Notes under the pieces: generated by a model
The model's database searches: none
What the model saw: only the letters and a program-made list of their open reading frames with translations
What the model was told of the DNA's origin: nothing
From: Eledone cirrhosa
Lineage: Eukaryota
Assembly (NCBI GenBank): GCA_964016885.1
Contig: OZ024741.1
Location: 311,178,001 to 311,242,000 of the forward strand
Reading direction: 5' to 3'
DNA: 64,000 nucleotides
Position numbers and translations under genes: made by a program
Shown: piece by piece, positions 12,428 to 26,604 of the stretch
Layout: the number at the start of each line of letters is the position of its first letter
Numbering within the stretch: position 1 is the first letter of the stretch

Positions 12428-13068
12428 ACAAGAGAGATACACTTACACCAGAATGGTTGTCAAACAATACTGGTCCCCAAGAACAAATACATCCACCTGG
12501 CAAAAAACAACCGACCCATTTCATGCCAGAACCTGATGTATAAAGTGTATATAGCCTGCCCGAACCTGTTCCTCCAAAATTCCTGTGAAAATAATCACAT
12601 CATCGCAGATGAACAAGCAGCTGGAAAGAAAGTGGTTTTGGGGTGTGTTGAACAATTCCTAATCAATAAAACAGCGATGTAGGAGGTGCGACAACTTAGG
12701 AGGAATAAAGTTACAGTCTGGCTGGACTACAGGAAAGCTTTCGATTCTGCTCCTTTTTCTTGGGCTACTATCCTAAATTTAAAGACAGAGAAGGGGGGAA
12801 TCTATATTCACTGATAAAATAAAATATCACAGAGGTATATTTCAAGGAGACAGTCTCTCTGTTATATTATTTATCCTGTCATTAAACCATTTGTCTTTTC
12901 TGCTGAAGAAATGTGAAGAATACATCATTGGCTCACAGGAAGACAGAAATACGAGTCTAACCCATAATTTCTTTGTGGATGGTCTGAAACTCTATGCCGA
13001 GAACATAGATGGGATGAGGAAAAATCTTGACATGGTTACAACGTTCTCAAAGGATATAGGAATGGAGT
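12428..13068 (+). mobile_element. Truncated R4/Dong-like LINE RT fragment (copies at ~16005-16640 and 19530-20175)
   Basis: RPIACQNLMYK, WLDYRKAFDS, GIFQGDSLS and FFVDGLKL with stops; homologous to 32185-32895. Confidence 0.85.
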
Positions 13069-13117
13069 GTGGTGCCTCATATGAAGATCGAGCAGTCAAC
13101 ACACGTCGACTGCTATC

Positions 13118-15135
13118 GTGAATGTAATTGTAGAAACACGGCCACTTGCCCCATGGCTGGGAAATGCCTCACCAAAAACATAGTCTAAGACTGTAAGGTC
13201 TCCACTTTAGATAGAACCTTCAGGTATGTTGGGGCAACTGCCACTGAATTTAAGGATAGATGGTATAATCACCGCCATACCTATAATTAGATTCAACAAA
13301 TAGCATGGTGCTTTCTGAATTAGTCTGGAAGCTTAAACAACAGTATATAGATCACGCCTTATCCTGGTCCATAATTTGCTCAGCCCGGCTATTTAATGGC
13401 AGGACTGGCGTCTGTAATTTATGTATAGGTGAAACCTTTAATATTATTAGAGGCGGCCCCCTATAAATCAATAGGAGAGTGGATTTTTTAAAGAACTGCC
13501 AACATAGAACCTCTAAAACCTTCCGCAGGATTTTTGGAAAGTAACCTTCCACTAACTCCTCCCACACTACCTTAGCCATAGAGTTCTCTCAATTAGCAAA
13601 AAAAAAAAAGACTATCACACCCTCAGGTAGTTAGACAGCTTAGATCGTTTGCGCACTTACAAACGGTACTCGGCTTGTTTCCACAGAGTTCTCACGGCTG
13701 AGTGCACATTAGAATATCTAGTTAGTAAATAATTAGAATGATTACACACTCAGGTAACAACGATTACGCTCTCTATACATAACTCTACACACAGTACCCG
13801 GTTTCTGGAGACACTGAGTCCCCACAGTTACGACTGGTCAAGTTCCTATCGATTGAACACTACACTAGGTTTTGATCCGTGATCATCTAACCATGGAGTG
13901 CTCACGGTTACAGATTGGAGAATAGTACTTACACACCATTAATGGGCCTACACACATCCTCTGGGTTTTGCTATTCTTTGTTATTTTATTTTACTTTTTG
14001 TGTTGGATAACACACCTCAACCTCTCAAACACATATCTTAAAAGCCCAAGCGCCGATATGACGGGAAATCACACATACTGACACCTTAACCCAAATACCC
14101 AACCCTACACAGAGCCCCTTGGAGGCCTACATAGCGGTTGCTTGCACGCACAGATTTGGGGACTCGGATTCTCAATGGGACAGCGGCACATACTGCGTTC
14201 GTTATGAGCTTACTACTTACTCTTCACATGGATGTGTATATACCTTAACATACACTTTTTTGGACGATACGGAAGTGTATATATCATAACATACACTATT
14301 CGGAGATACGGATGTTACAATTCAATCTATACACGTATAGCAGAACATTGAACTGAAATTACTTGCGTGTCTATAGGGTTGCGGTTGACCCAATTTTTTC
14401 CAATTCTTTTGGACGATTCGGATGTGTATATACCATAACATATACTATTTTGAGATACGGATGTTACAATTCAATCTATACACATATAGCAGAACATGGA
14501 ACTGAACTTACTTGCCTGTGTATAGGCTTGCGGTTTACCCAATGTTTCCAATTTACATCGTCAAATTGAGATTTGAAAAATATAACATTTGCTGTTTTGT
14601 AAACTAACTTTAGGTGAATACTATGTTGGTATATTTATATTTTTTCTTTGACCTCGCGTCAGTGTGTGTGAGTGTGTATAGTCACTGACACTAACTGTGA
14701 CCGTCTATAGTTCTACAGATTTGATGCAATGTTAGTATATGTATATATTTTTTCTTTGACCTCGCGTCGGTGTGTGTTTCTGTGTGTGTACCCACTCACA
14801 TGAACTGTGACCGACTATAATTCTACAGATTTGATTGATATCCAGCGTCTTTTACAGCTATTGCGAGATAGAGACTTGATAGTTTTATGACCCTAACAGA
14901 GGACGATAGCAGTCGCCGTGTTTTCACTGATTGATCTTCATTTGATGGACTAAACTCTGTGAGTCAACAACGTTAATTTTCTCCCTCATATAAAGGATTT
15001 GAAGACAATTCATTTTCACCCGACGAGTTCAGTGATAATCGATCATGGCTGCACGATCGATCTATCTCTTATTGAAACATGTGTCGTATTTAAAATGATT
15101 AGACATTTATACCATGCCTTCGGATCTTTATTTTG

Positions 15136-15138
<3 letters not shown>
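13118..15138 (+). mobile_element. Neptune-like PLE 3' fragment: GIY-YIG remnant plus long 3' region (copies at ~16640-18650 and 20230-22110)
   Basis: CNCR..TCPMAGKCLTKNIVYDCKV..YVGATATEFKDRWYNH..CNLC. Ends in a degenerate hammerhead-like motif (~15006-15100) followed by (TA)n. Confidence 0.72.
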
Positions 15139-15206
<68 letters not shown>

Positions 15207-15385
15207 TTTAGAACTATTAGAACTATTTCATACAAATGTAATGATCAGGAAACCCGTTTCCAGATGAATTCTTTGGATGAAACTATTCCAGTCCTGTAGA
15301 AGCGATTTTTATATTAAACATCATATTTACACACACACACAAACACACATACACACAGACACACGCAAACATATATATATATATA

Positions 15386-15517
<132 letters not shown>

Positions 15518-15569
15518 TGTGCGTGTGTGTGTGTGTGTGTAGTAAATACGTAACAAGTTTTTGATATAC

Positions 15570-15704
15570 CTTGTTGGCAATTGTCACCATCATAACCTGC
15601 ATAACATCCATCTGAACATGTTCCATTTCGCTTGACACAGTTACTATTGTCGAGACAATGGCATAACCCCTTACAAGCAACACCAAACTTTCCTACTGGG
15701 CATT
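15570..15704 (-). CDS. EGF-like repeat exon (135 nt, phase 1-1)
   Basis: AG/GT bounded; ECPVGKFGVACKGLCHCLDNSNCVKRNGTCSDGCYAGYDGDNCQQ (within ORF 15283..15744). Confidence 0.88.
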
Positions 15705-18647
15705 CTGAAAATATCAATATATATGATAATGTTGAAGATATCATTAATTACATACAGATATCAATGATACAATTTTATACCAAATTTTAAGATTACCATA
15801 ATAAAAAATACCATAATAAAAATAATCATATCCTACAAAATCGTACCATATTCTAACGGACCCCACGATATGTACTTGCGACATTCTTCCATTTAAATAC
15901 ACAAACACGCACATATATATATATAATATAGTGTATATATATAAATGCATACATAGATACTTAGAAGATACACTTATACTAGATAAATTCATACATATAT
16001 ACATACAAGTGAGATACACTTATACCAGAATGGTTGACATTAGCACAAACAATACTGGTCCCAAAGAACAAATACACCCACCTGGCAAAAAACAACTGAC
16101 CCATTGCATGCCAGACTCTGATGCATAAGGTGTATATAGCCTGCCTGAACCTGTTCCTCCAAAATTCCTGTGAAAATAATCACATCATCGCAGATGAACA
16201 AGCAGCTGGAAAGAAAGGGGATTTGGGGTGTGTTGAACAATTCCTAATCAATAAAACAGCGATGTAGGAGGTGCGACAACTTAGGAGGAATATGGCGACA
16301 GTCTGGCTGGACTACAGGACAGCTTTCTATTCTGCTCCTCCTTCTTGGGCTACTATCCTAAAGTTAATGACAGAGAAGGAGGACTCTATTTTCACTGATA
16401 AAATAAAATATCACAGAGGTATATTTCAAGGAGACAGTCTCTCTGTGATATTATTTATCCTGTCATTAAACCCTTTGTCTTTTCTGCTCAAGAAATGTGA
16501 AGAATACATCATTGGCGCACAGGAAGATAGAAATACGAGCCTAACCCATAATTTCTTTGTGGATGGTCTGAAACTCTATGCCAAGAACATAGATGGGATG
16601 AGGAAAAATCTTGACATGGTTACAACGTTCTCAAAGGATACTGTAATTGCAGGAAAACGGCCACTTGCCCCATGGCTGGGAAATGCCTCACCAAAAACAT
16701 AGTCTACGACTGTAAGGCCTCAACTTTAGATAGAAACTTCAGGTATGTTTGGGTAACTTCCACTGAATTTAAGGATATATGGTATAATCATCGGGATACC
16801 TTTAATAGAATAGATACAAAAATATCACGGTGCTTTCTGAATTAGTCTGGAAGCTTAAACAACAGAATATAGAGCACTCCTTATCCTGGTCCATAATTTG
16901 GTCAGCCCGGCCATATAACGGCAGCACTGGCGTCTGTAATTTATGTATAGGTGAAACCTTTAATATTCTTAGAGGCGGCCCCCGTTAAATCAATAGGACT
17001 TTTTCAACAAATGCCAACATAGAACCTCTAAAACCTTCCGCAGGATTTTTGGAAAGCAACCTACTACTATCTCCTCCCTCTCTAACTTAGCCATAGAGTT
17101 CTCTCAATTAGCAAAAAAAAAAGACTATCACACCCTCAGGTAGTTAGACAGCTTAGATCGTTTGCGCACTTACAAACGGTACTCGGCTTGTTTCCACAGA
17201 GTTCTCACAGCTGAGTGCACATTAGAATATCTAGTTAGTAAATAATTAGAATGATTACACACTCAGGTAAGAACGATTACGCTCTCTATACATAACTCTA
17301 CACACACTACCCGGTTTCTTTAGACACTGAGTACCCAGAGTTACGACTGGTCACGTTCCTATCGATTGAACACTACACTAGGTTTTGATCCGTGATCATC
17401 TAACCATGGAGTGCTCACGGTTACAGATTGGAGAATAGTACTTACACACCATTAATGGGCCTACACACATCCTCTGGGTTTTGCTATTCTTTGTTATTTT
17501 ATTTTACTTTTTGTGTTGGATAACACACCTCCACCACTCAAACATCTTTCTTAAAAGCCGAAGTGCCGATATGACGGGATATCGCACATACTGACACCTT
17601 AACCCAAATACCCAACCCTACACAGAGCCCCTTGGTGGCCTACATAGCGGTTGCTTGCACGCACAGATTTGGGGACTCAGATTCTCAATGGGACAAGGGC
17701 ACATACTGCGTTTGTTATGAGCTGACTACTTGCTTTTCACATGGATGTGTATATACCTTAACATACACTTTTGGGACGATACGGATGTGTATATACCATA
17801 ACATACACTATTTGGAGCTACGGATGTTACAATTCAATCTATACACGTATAGCAGAACATTGAACTGAACTTACTTGCGTGTCTATAGGGTTGCGGTTGA
17901 CCCAATCTTTCCAATTCTTTTGGACGATTCGGATGTATATATACCATAACATACACTATTTGGAGATACGGATGTTACAATTCAATCTATACACATATAG
18001 CAGAACATGGAACTGAACTTACTTGCGTGTGTATAGTGTAGCGGTTAACCCAATTTTTCCAATTTACATCGTTAAATTGAGATTTGACCAATAAAACATT
18101 TGTTGTTTCGTAAACTAACTTTAGGTGAATACTATGTTGGTATATTTATGTTTTTTCTTTGACCTCGTGACAGTGTGTGTGAGTGTCTGTACTCACTCAG
18201 ACTATTTGTGACCGTCTATAGTTCTACAGATTTGATGCTAATGTTGGTATATGTATATATTTTTTCTTTGACCTCGCGTCGGTGTATCTGTGTCTGTGTG
18301 TGTACCCACTCACATTAACTGTGACCGACTGTAATTCTACAGATTTGATTGATGTCCAGCCACTTTTACAGCTATTGGTAGAGAGAAACTTGATAGTTTT
18401 ATGACCCTAACTGAGGACGATTGCAGTCGCCGTGTTTTGACTGCTTGATCTTCATTTGATGGACTAAACTCTGTGAGTGAACATCGTCAATTTTCTCCCT
18501 CATATCAAGGATTTGAAGACAATTCATTTTCACATGACGAGTTCAGTGATAATCGATCATGGCTACACGATCGATCTATCCCTTATTGAAATATGTGTCT
18601 TGATTAAAATGATTGGACATTTATACCATGCCTTCGGATCTTTATTT

Positions 18648-18682
<35 letters not shown>

Positions 18683-18829
18683 TTTAGAAGTATTAGAACT
18701 ATTTCATTCAAATGTAATAATCAGTAAACCCGTTTCCAGATGAATTCTTTGGATGAAACTATTCTAGTCCTGTAGAAGCGATTTCTATATTAATCATCAT
18801 ATTTACACACACACACAGAGACACACGCA

Positions 18830-18952
<123 letters not shown>

Positions 18953-19023
18953 GCGTGTGTGTGTGCGTGCGTGTGTTTGTGTGTGTGCGTGTGTGTAGTA
19001 AATACGTAACAAGTTTGATATAC

Positions 19024-19158
19024 CTTGTTGGCAATTGTGACCAATATAACCTCCAGAACATCCATGTAAACATGTTCCATTTCGCATGTCACACTTTATA
19101 TTGTTGAGACAATGGCATATCCCCTTACAAGCAACACCAAACTTTCCTACTGGGCATT
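19024..19158 (-). CDS. EGF-like repeat exon (135 nt, phase 1-1)
   Basis: AG/GT bounded; ECPVGKFGVACKGICHCLNNIKCDMRNGTCLHGCSGGYIGHNCQQ. Confidence 0.88.
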
Positions 19159-22108
19159 CTGAAAATATCAATATATATGATAATTTTGAAGATATCATTA
19201 ATTACATACAGATATCAATGATACAATTTTATACCAAATTTTAAGATTACCATAATAAAAATACCATAATAAAAATACTCAGATCCTACCGAATCGTATC
19301 ATATTCTAACGGATGCTACGATATGTATTTGCGACATTCTTCCATTTAAATACACAAACACACACACATATATATATAATATAGTGTATATATAAAAATG
19401 CATACATACATACATAGGAGATACTCTTATACTAGATAAATGCATACATACATACATACATACATACATACATACATACATACATACATACATACATACA
19501 TACATACATACATACATACATACACACATACAAGGGAGATACACTTATACCAGAATGGTTGACATTAGTACAAAACATACTGGTCCCCAAGAACAAATCC
19601 ACCCACCTGGCAGAAAACAACCGACCCATTGCTTGCCAGTATCTGATGCATAAGGTGTATACAGCCTGCCTGAACCTATTCCTCCAAGATCCCTGTGAAA
19701 ATAAACACATCAACGCAGATGAACAAGAAGCTGGAAAGAAAGAAGATTTTGGGTATGAGGAACAATTCCTAATCAACAAAACACCGATGTAGGAGGTGCG
19801 ACAACTTAGGAGGAATATGGCTACAGTCTAGCTGGACTACAGGAAAGCTTTCGATTCTGCTCCTTCTTCTTGGTCTACTATCCTAAAGTTAAAGACAGAG
19901 AAGGAGGACTCTATTTTCACTGATAAAATAAAATATCACAGAGGTATATTTCAAGGAGACAGTCTCTCTGTGATATTATTTATCCTGTCATTAAACCCTT
20001 TGTCTTTTCTGCTCAAGAAATGTGAAGAATACATCATTGGGTCACAGGAAGACAGAAATACGAGCCTAACCCATAATTTCTTTGTGGATGGTCTGAAACT
20101 CTATGCCAAGAACATAGATGGGATGAGGAAAAATCTTGACATGGTTACAACGTTCTCAAAGGATATAGGAATGGCGTGTGGAGCCTCATATGAAGATCAA
20201 GCAGTCAAAACACGTCGACTGCTATCGTGAATGTAATTGCAGAAAATGTAATTGCAGGAAAACGGCCACTTGCCCCATGGCTGGGAAATGCCTCACCAAA
20301 AACATAGTCTACGACTGTAAGGTTTCCACTTTAGATAGAACCATCAGGAATATTGGGGCAACTGCCACTGTATTTAAGGCTAGATAGTATAATCACCGGG
20401 ATACCTTTAATAGATTAGATACAAAAAATATCACGGTGCTTTCTGAATTAGTCTGGAAGCTCAAACAACAGAATATAGAGCACTCCTTATCCTGGTCCAT
20501 AATTTTCTCAGCCCGGCCATATAACGGCAGCACTGGCGTCTGTAATTTATGTATAGCTGAAACCTTTAATATTATTAGAGGCGGCCCCCTTTAAATCAAT
20601 AGGACTTTTTCAACAACTGCCAACATAGAACCTCTAAAATCTTCCGCAGGATTTTTGGAAAGCAACCTACTACTATCTCCTCCCTCTCTAACTTAGCCAT
20701 AGAGTTCTCTCAATTAGCAAAAAAAAAAAGACTATCATTCCCTCAGGTAGTTAGACAGCTTAGATCGTTTGCGCACTTACAAACGGTACTCGGCCTGTTT
20801 CTACAGAGTTCTCACAGCTGAGTGCACATTAGAATATCTAGTTAGTAAATAATTAGAATGATTACACACTCAGGTAATTACAATTACGCTCTCTAAACAT
20901 AACTCTAGACACAGTACCCGGTTTCTTTAGACACTGAGTCCCCACAGTTACGACTGGTCAAGTTCCTATCGATTGAACCCTAAACTGGGTTTTGATCCGT
21001 GATCATTTAACCATGGAGTGCTCACGGTTACAGATTGGACAATACTACTTACACACCATTAATGGCCCTACACACATCCTCTGGGTTTTGCTATTCTTTG
21101 TTATTTTATTTTACTTTTTGTGTTGGATAACACACCTCCACCACACAAACACCTTTCTTAAAAGCCGAAGTGCCGATATGACGGGAAATCGCACATACTG
21201 ACACCTTAACCCAAATACCCAACCCTACACAGAGCCCCTTGGAGGCCTACATAGCGGTTGCTTGCACGCACAGATTTGGGGACTCAGATTCTCAATGGGA
21301 CAACGGCACATACTGCGTTCGTTATGAGCTGATTACTTGCTCTTCACATGGATGTGTATATACCTTAACACACTTTTTTGGACGATACGGATGTGTATAT
21401 ACCATAACATACACTATTTGGAGATACGGATGTTACAATTCAATCTATACACGTATTGCAGAACATTGAACTGAACTTACTTGCGTGTATATAGGGTTGC
21501 GGTTGACCCAATTTTTCCAATTTACATCGTCAAATTGAGATTTGACCAATATAACATTGGTTGTTTTGTAAACTAACTTTAGGTGAATACTATGTTGGTA
21601 TATTTATGTTTTTTCTTTGACCTCGTGACAGTGTGTGTGAGTGGCTGTACTCACTTACACTATCTGTGACCGTCTATAGTTCTACAGATTTGATGCTATG
21701 TTGGTATATATATATATATTTTTTCTTTGACCTCGCCTCGGTGTATCTGTGTCTGTGTGTGTACCCGCTCACATTAACTGTGACCGACTGTAATTCTACA
21801 GCTTTGATTGATGTCCAGCCACTTTTACAGCTATTGGGAGATAGAGACTTGATAATTTTATCACCCTAACTGAGGACGAGAGCAGTCGCCGTGTTTTAAC
21901 TGCTTGATCTTCATATGATGGACTAAACTCTGTGAGTGAACAACGTTAATTTTCTCCCTCATATCAAGGATTTGAAGACAATTCATTTTCACCTAACGAC
22001 TTCAGTGATAATCGCTCATGGCTACACGATCGATCTATCTCTTATTGAAACATGTGTCGTGATTAAAATGATTGGATATTTATACCATGCCTTCGGATCT
22101 TTATTTTG

Positions 22109-22143
<35 letters not shown>

Positions 22144-22300
22144 TATAAATATGCATTTAGAACTATTAGAACTATTTCATTCAAATGTAATGATCAGGAA
22201 ACCCGTTTCCAGATGAATTCTTTGGATGAATCTATTCTAGTCCTGTAGAAGCGGTTTTATATTAAACATCATATTTAGACACACACAGACATGCGCAAAC

Positions 22301-22446
<146 letters not shown>

Positions 22447-22473
22447 TAAATACGTAACAAGTTTTTGATATAC

Positions 22474-22608
22474 CTTGTTGGCAATTGTCACCAATATAAC
22501 CTGCAGAACATCCATCTGAACATATTCCATTCCGCTTGTCACAGTTTCTAATGTCGAGACAATGGCATGTCCCTGTACAATCAACACCAAAGTTTTCTAT
22601 TCCGCATT
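22474..22608 (-). CDS. EGF-like repeat exon (135 nt, phase 1-1)
   Basis: AG/GT bounded; ECGIENFGVDCTGTCHCLDIRNCDKRNGICSDGCSAGYIGDNCQQ, translated by hand. Confidence 0.82.
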
Positions 22609-23183
22609 CTGAAATATATATAAGATTTCTATATTAAACATCATATTTACACACACACACACAAACGCATACACGCGCACACCCGCACTCACCCACAACC
22701 ACACACAGAAACACACACACACACATATATATATATTTATATATATATATATAGAGAGAGAGAGAGTGTGTCAGAGACATAGAGGGAGAGAAAATTAAAA
22801 TGGTGGTTCTAACATAGCTTTATACATATGAGTATGTGTAGTTTGGATATCTAGCAATATGCGATATGTTTAGGTATAATAATAATAAATAATTATAGGG
22901 TGTAAGTATCACTTTTAATATAGACATAGCTTCTACAGTACTAGAAATATTTCATTCAAAAGTAATCATCAGGAAAGCCGTTTACTGATGATTTCTTTGG
23001 AAGAATCTATTCCAGTCCAGTAGAAAAGATTTATATATTAAAACCCATATTTGCACACACACACATATACACTCATACAACCCCCCCCCCCCCGCCACAC
23101 ACACAGACGCACACGTCCACACAATTATATATGTATTTGTGTGTGCGTGTGTATAGTAAATAGATAACAGGTTCATGATATAC

Positions 23184-23318
23184 CTTGTTGGCAATTCTCA
23201 CCAATATAACCTGCAGCACATCCACCTGAACATGTTCCATTAATCAAGTCACAGTTATCATTGTTGATACAATGGCATTTCCCAATACAACCAAAACCAT
23301 AACTTCCTACTGGGCATT
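23184..23318 (-). CDS. EGF-like repeat exon (135 nt, phase 1-1)
   Basis: tttttag|AA ... AG|gtatat; ECPVGSYGFGCIGKCHCINNDNCDLINGTCSGGCAAGYIGENCQQ. Confidence 0.88.
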
Positions 23319-23754
23319 CTAAAAATATCAATATATATGATAATGTTGAAGATATCATTAATTACAAACAGATATCAATGATACAATTTTATATCAAATT
23401 TTAAGATTAAAGTGGTCTTGTGTTAAACAAATGAACTTGTATATTTATTGAATATTATATCGATCCTCTATAAAATATACATGGATTTTTAGTTCACTTA
23501 AATGCAATGTTGGAAACATTCTGAAAGAAACAAACAATATCATAAGTAAAATAGCATATATAATCCTTCCAAATCTTACCATATTCTAACAGTGACTACG
23601 ATATGTAATTGCGAGATTCTTACATTTAAATAAACACACAAAAACACACATTCATAGATATATATATAATATATACTGTATATGTATAAATGCATACATA
23701 TACACATACACACACACATACATAGATACATACATACATACCTACATACAAAAG

Positions 23755-25745
23755 AAAACAAAGAAAACAAATAATGAAATATTACGTGTTATTAACGAAA
23801 TAGGGGATGAATATTTACGACGGATAAAACCCCAACATTTTTGCGAATCAACGCCTGTTTATATGCCTTAGCAACGACAGTGAAGCATTATCTTGGTGAT
23901 AGCAGGGATATTAACAAGAACAGAACACCACCAAAATACCATCATATATAACTAAAATAGAAAAAAAGATTGCTGACCTATGAAAACACAGGATATGTAA
24001 CAATGCTCCTTACATGCAAACAAACACCAAAAAACCTCAGTCCTCACCAACAAAGAGTGAAAAATAAATAGAGACGATGTTTGGTAACAGTAGAACCAGA
24101 ACTCTCCAATATAAGCTGATCACCCTCAAACAAGAATTGAGAGCTGCTAGCGAAAAACGCCGATACCTGAAGAAGGTAGATGAGAGAAAAGGTATCTTGA
24201 ACTTGTTGTTAGACCTCTACCAATGAGTTCTTAAGGGAGATACACTTATACCAGAATGTTTGACATTAGCACAAACATTACTGGTCCCCATAAACAAAGA
24301 CACCCACTTGGCAAAAAACTACCGACCCATTGCATGCCAGAACCTGATGTATAAGATGTATACAGCCTGCTTGAACCTATTCCTCCAAGATCACTGTGAA
24401 AATAATAACATTATCACAGATGAACAAGCAGCTGGGAAGAATGGGGTTTGGGGATTTGCTGAACAACTCCAAATCAACAACACTGCGATGACCGAGGTGC
24501 AACAACTTAGGAGGAATATGATTACAGTCTGGCTGGACTACAGGAAAGCTTTCGATTCTGTTCCCCAGTCTTGGAAGATAGAGGCTCTCCAACTTGCTAA
24601 AGTCCCAGACATTATTGTCAGAGTCATAGAGAGGCTGTCTTCCTAAGGTTAAAGACAGAGAGGGAGGAATCTATTTTTACTGATAAAATAAAATATTTGC
24701 AGGGGTATATTTCAGGGGGACAGTCTCTCTGTGATATTATTCCTCTTGTCATTAAACCCTTGTCCTTTCTGCTCAAGAAATGTGAGGGATAGATCATTGG
24801 CTCACAGGAGAACAGAAATACGAACCTAACACATAATTTCTTTGTAGATGATCTGAAACTCTATGCCAAGAACATGGATGGGATGAAGAAACATCTTGAC
24901 CTGGTTACAACGTTCTCCAAGGATATAGGAATGGAGTTTGGCCAAGATAAATGCTAATACATGACTGAAAAGCGGAAAAAAAAAAATCACTCTATCAACA
25001 TTGTCATCAATGGCCTAATTGTTTCACCGATATCTGATGAGGACTGCTACAGATACCTGGGGATAGATGAGAACATATCTTATAATGGTATCTGTAATAA
25101 AGAACGCGTAACCAGGGAATACTACACCCGATTAAGAAAGATCTGGCTATCGGAACTCTCTGCGCAAAACAAAACAGTGGTTCCCTATGTGCTTTCTTTG
25201 CCTGTCCTAACACCACCGTTTGGAATACTCAACTGGACGATAGACGAAATCCAAGCAGCTGATGTGGGAACTCGAAAAATACTAAACAACACCGGAAACT
25301 TCCACATCAACAGTGACATAGACCGCCTTTACTTGAAACGTAAGCAGGGAGGCAGGGGCCTAAGATCAGTCCAGGCAACATTTGAATGTCGCATCATATC
25401 TCTCCGATATCTACGAACCTCGAAGTGTAGGAGACCATTTCTGGAGCAAGTCTATCTGCATGAAACAGATATGATCATGACAGTTGGGAAGGAACTCCTC
25501 GAGAGATATTCCCTGTGTGATAATCAAAATCTCACACCAAGGGATGTCGCTCAGCAGTATCGCAGTGAATCCATGGATGAAAAACTGCATGCCTATCAGC
25601 AAAACATCATGCATGGATATGTTGCCAGGAGGCTCCAGAGTGAGAGTAATATAGATAAGGAAAGTAGTCTATCTTGGACCAACAACCGCAATATTGGCTC
25701 ATACTTTGAAGGATACGCTTTTGCAATCCAAGAACAGGAGATAAC
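23755..25745 (+). mobile_element. R4/Dong-like LINE family A, truncated and internally deleted
   Basis: Homologous to 31390-33710; WLDYRKAFDSVP and FVDDLKL. Begins directly after a (CATA)n tract. Confidence 0.88.
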
Positions 25746-25747
25746 AT

Positions 25748-26509
25748 TTCAAAACCCAAATAAGTTTCGCAACGAAAGTATAAAAAATGAAAGATTCCAT
25801 TTTCTGTGTCCATCAACAGGTATCCAGAAAATTAGGATGTTTCACCTCGAAATATTTTTGGAGGTCTGGTGTACAAGCGCAAACGCACGTGGTTTTCCAG
25901 CTCACTAGCTAACCCCATACTCATGGTGCTAGAAATAACAGCCGTTTATACGGGATTAAAATTTAGCTCAACAAAAGGAGACGTAATATTATATTATATT
26001 TAGAGATATAAACTCAAACAGTCCTTTACAATTAATAGCACAAAGAAAGAAGCATTTCTGAGCCGTGAAATACACGGTTGCGCTTGTACACCAAACCTCC
26101 AAAAATATTTCGAGGTGAAACATCCTAATTTTCTGGATACCTGTTGATGAACACAGAAAATGGAATCTTTCACTTTTTTATACTATCGTTGCGAAACTTA
26201 TTTGGGTTTTGAAATTCAAATTTGTCTTCGGAACAGGTTTGGATTTTGAAATTTAAATTTGTCCAGGTATCACGGTTATTGCCAATATGGGTTTGTTTTT
26301 ATTGATTTATTATTTTAAATCGAGACAGGCAAACTATGTTTATTTGAATTAGTGTATTTCATTCTAGCTAACTTGGTCTTTACAATACAAACACTTATGT
26401 GTTTATCATATATTAATTTATATTAACTTGTATTTGACGGCTCAGAAATGCTTCTTTCTTTGAGCTAATTAATTGTAAAGGACTGTTTGAGTTTATAACT
26501 CTAAATATA

Positions 26510-26520
<11 letters not shown>
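25748..26520. repeat. Interleaved inverted repeats (A..B A'..B')
   Basis: 25748-25883 is inverted at 26078-26215; 25990-26073 is inverted at 26430-26515. Confidence 0.8.

Positions 26521-26604
<84 letters not shown>

Noticed and set aside
14225-14560. Short repeats with spacers (ggacgatacggatgtgtatatacc) resembling a CRISPR array
   Set aside because: The spacers are themselves repeated, the context is eukaryotic, and there are no cas genes; this is a minisatellite-like subrepeat.
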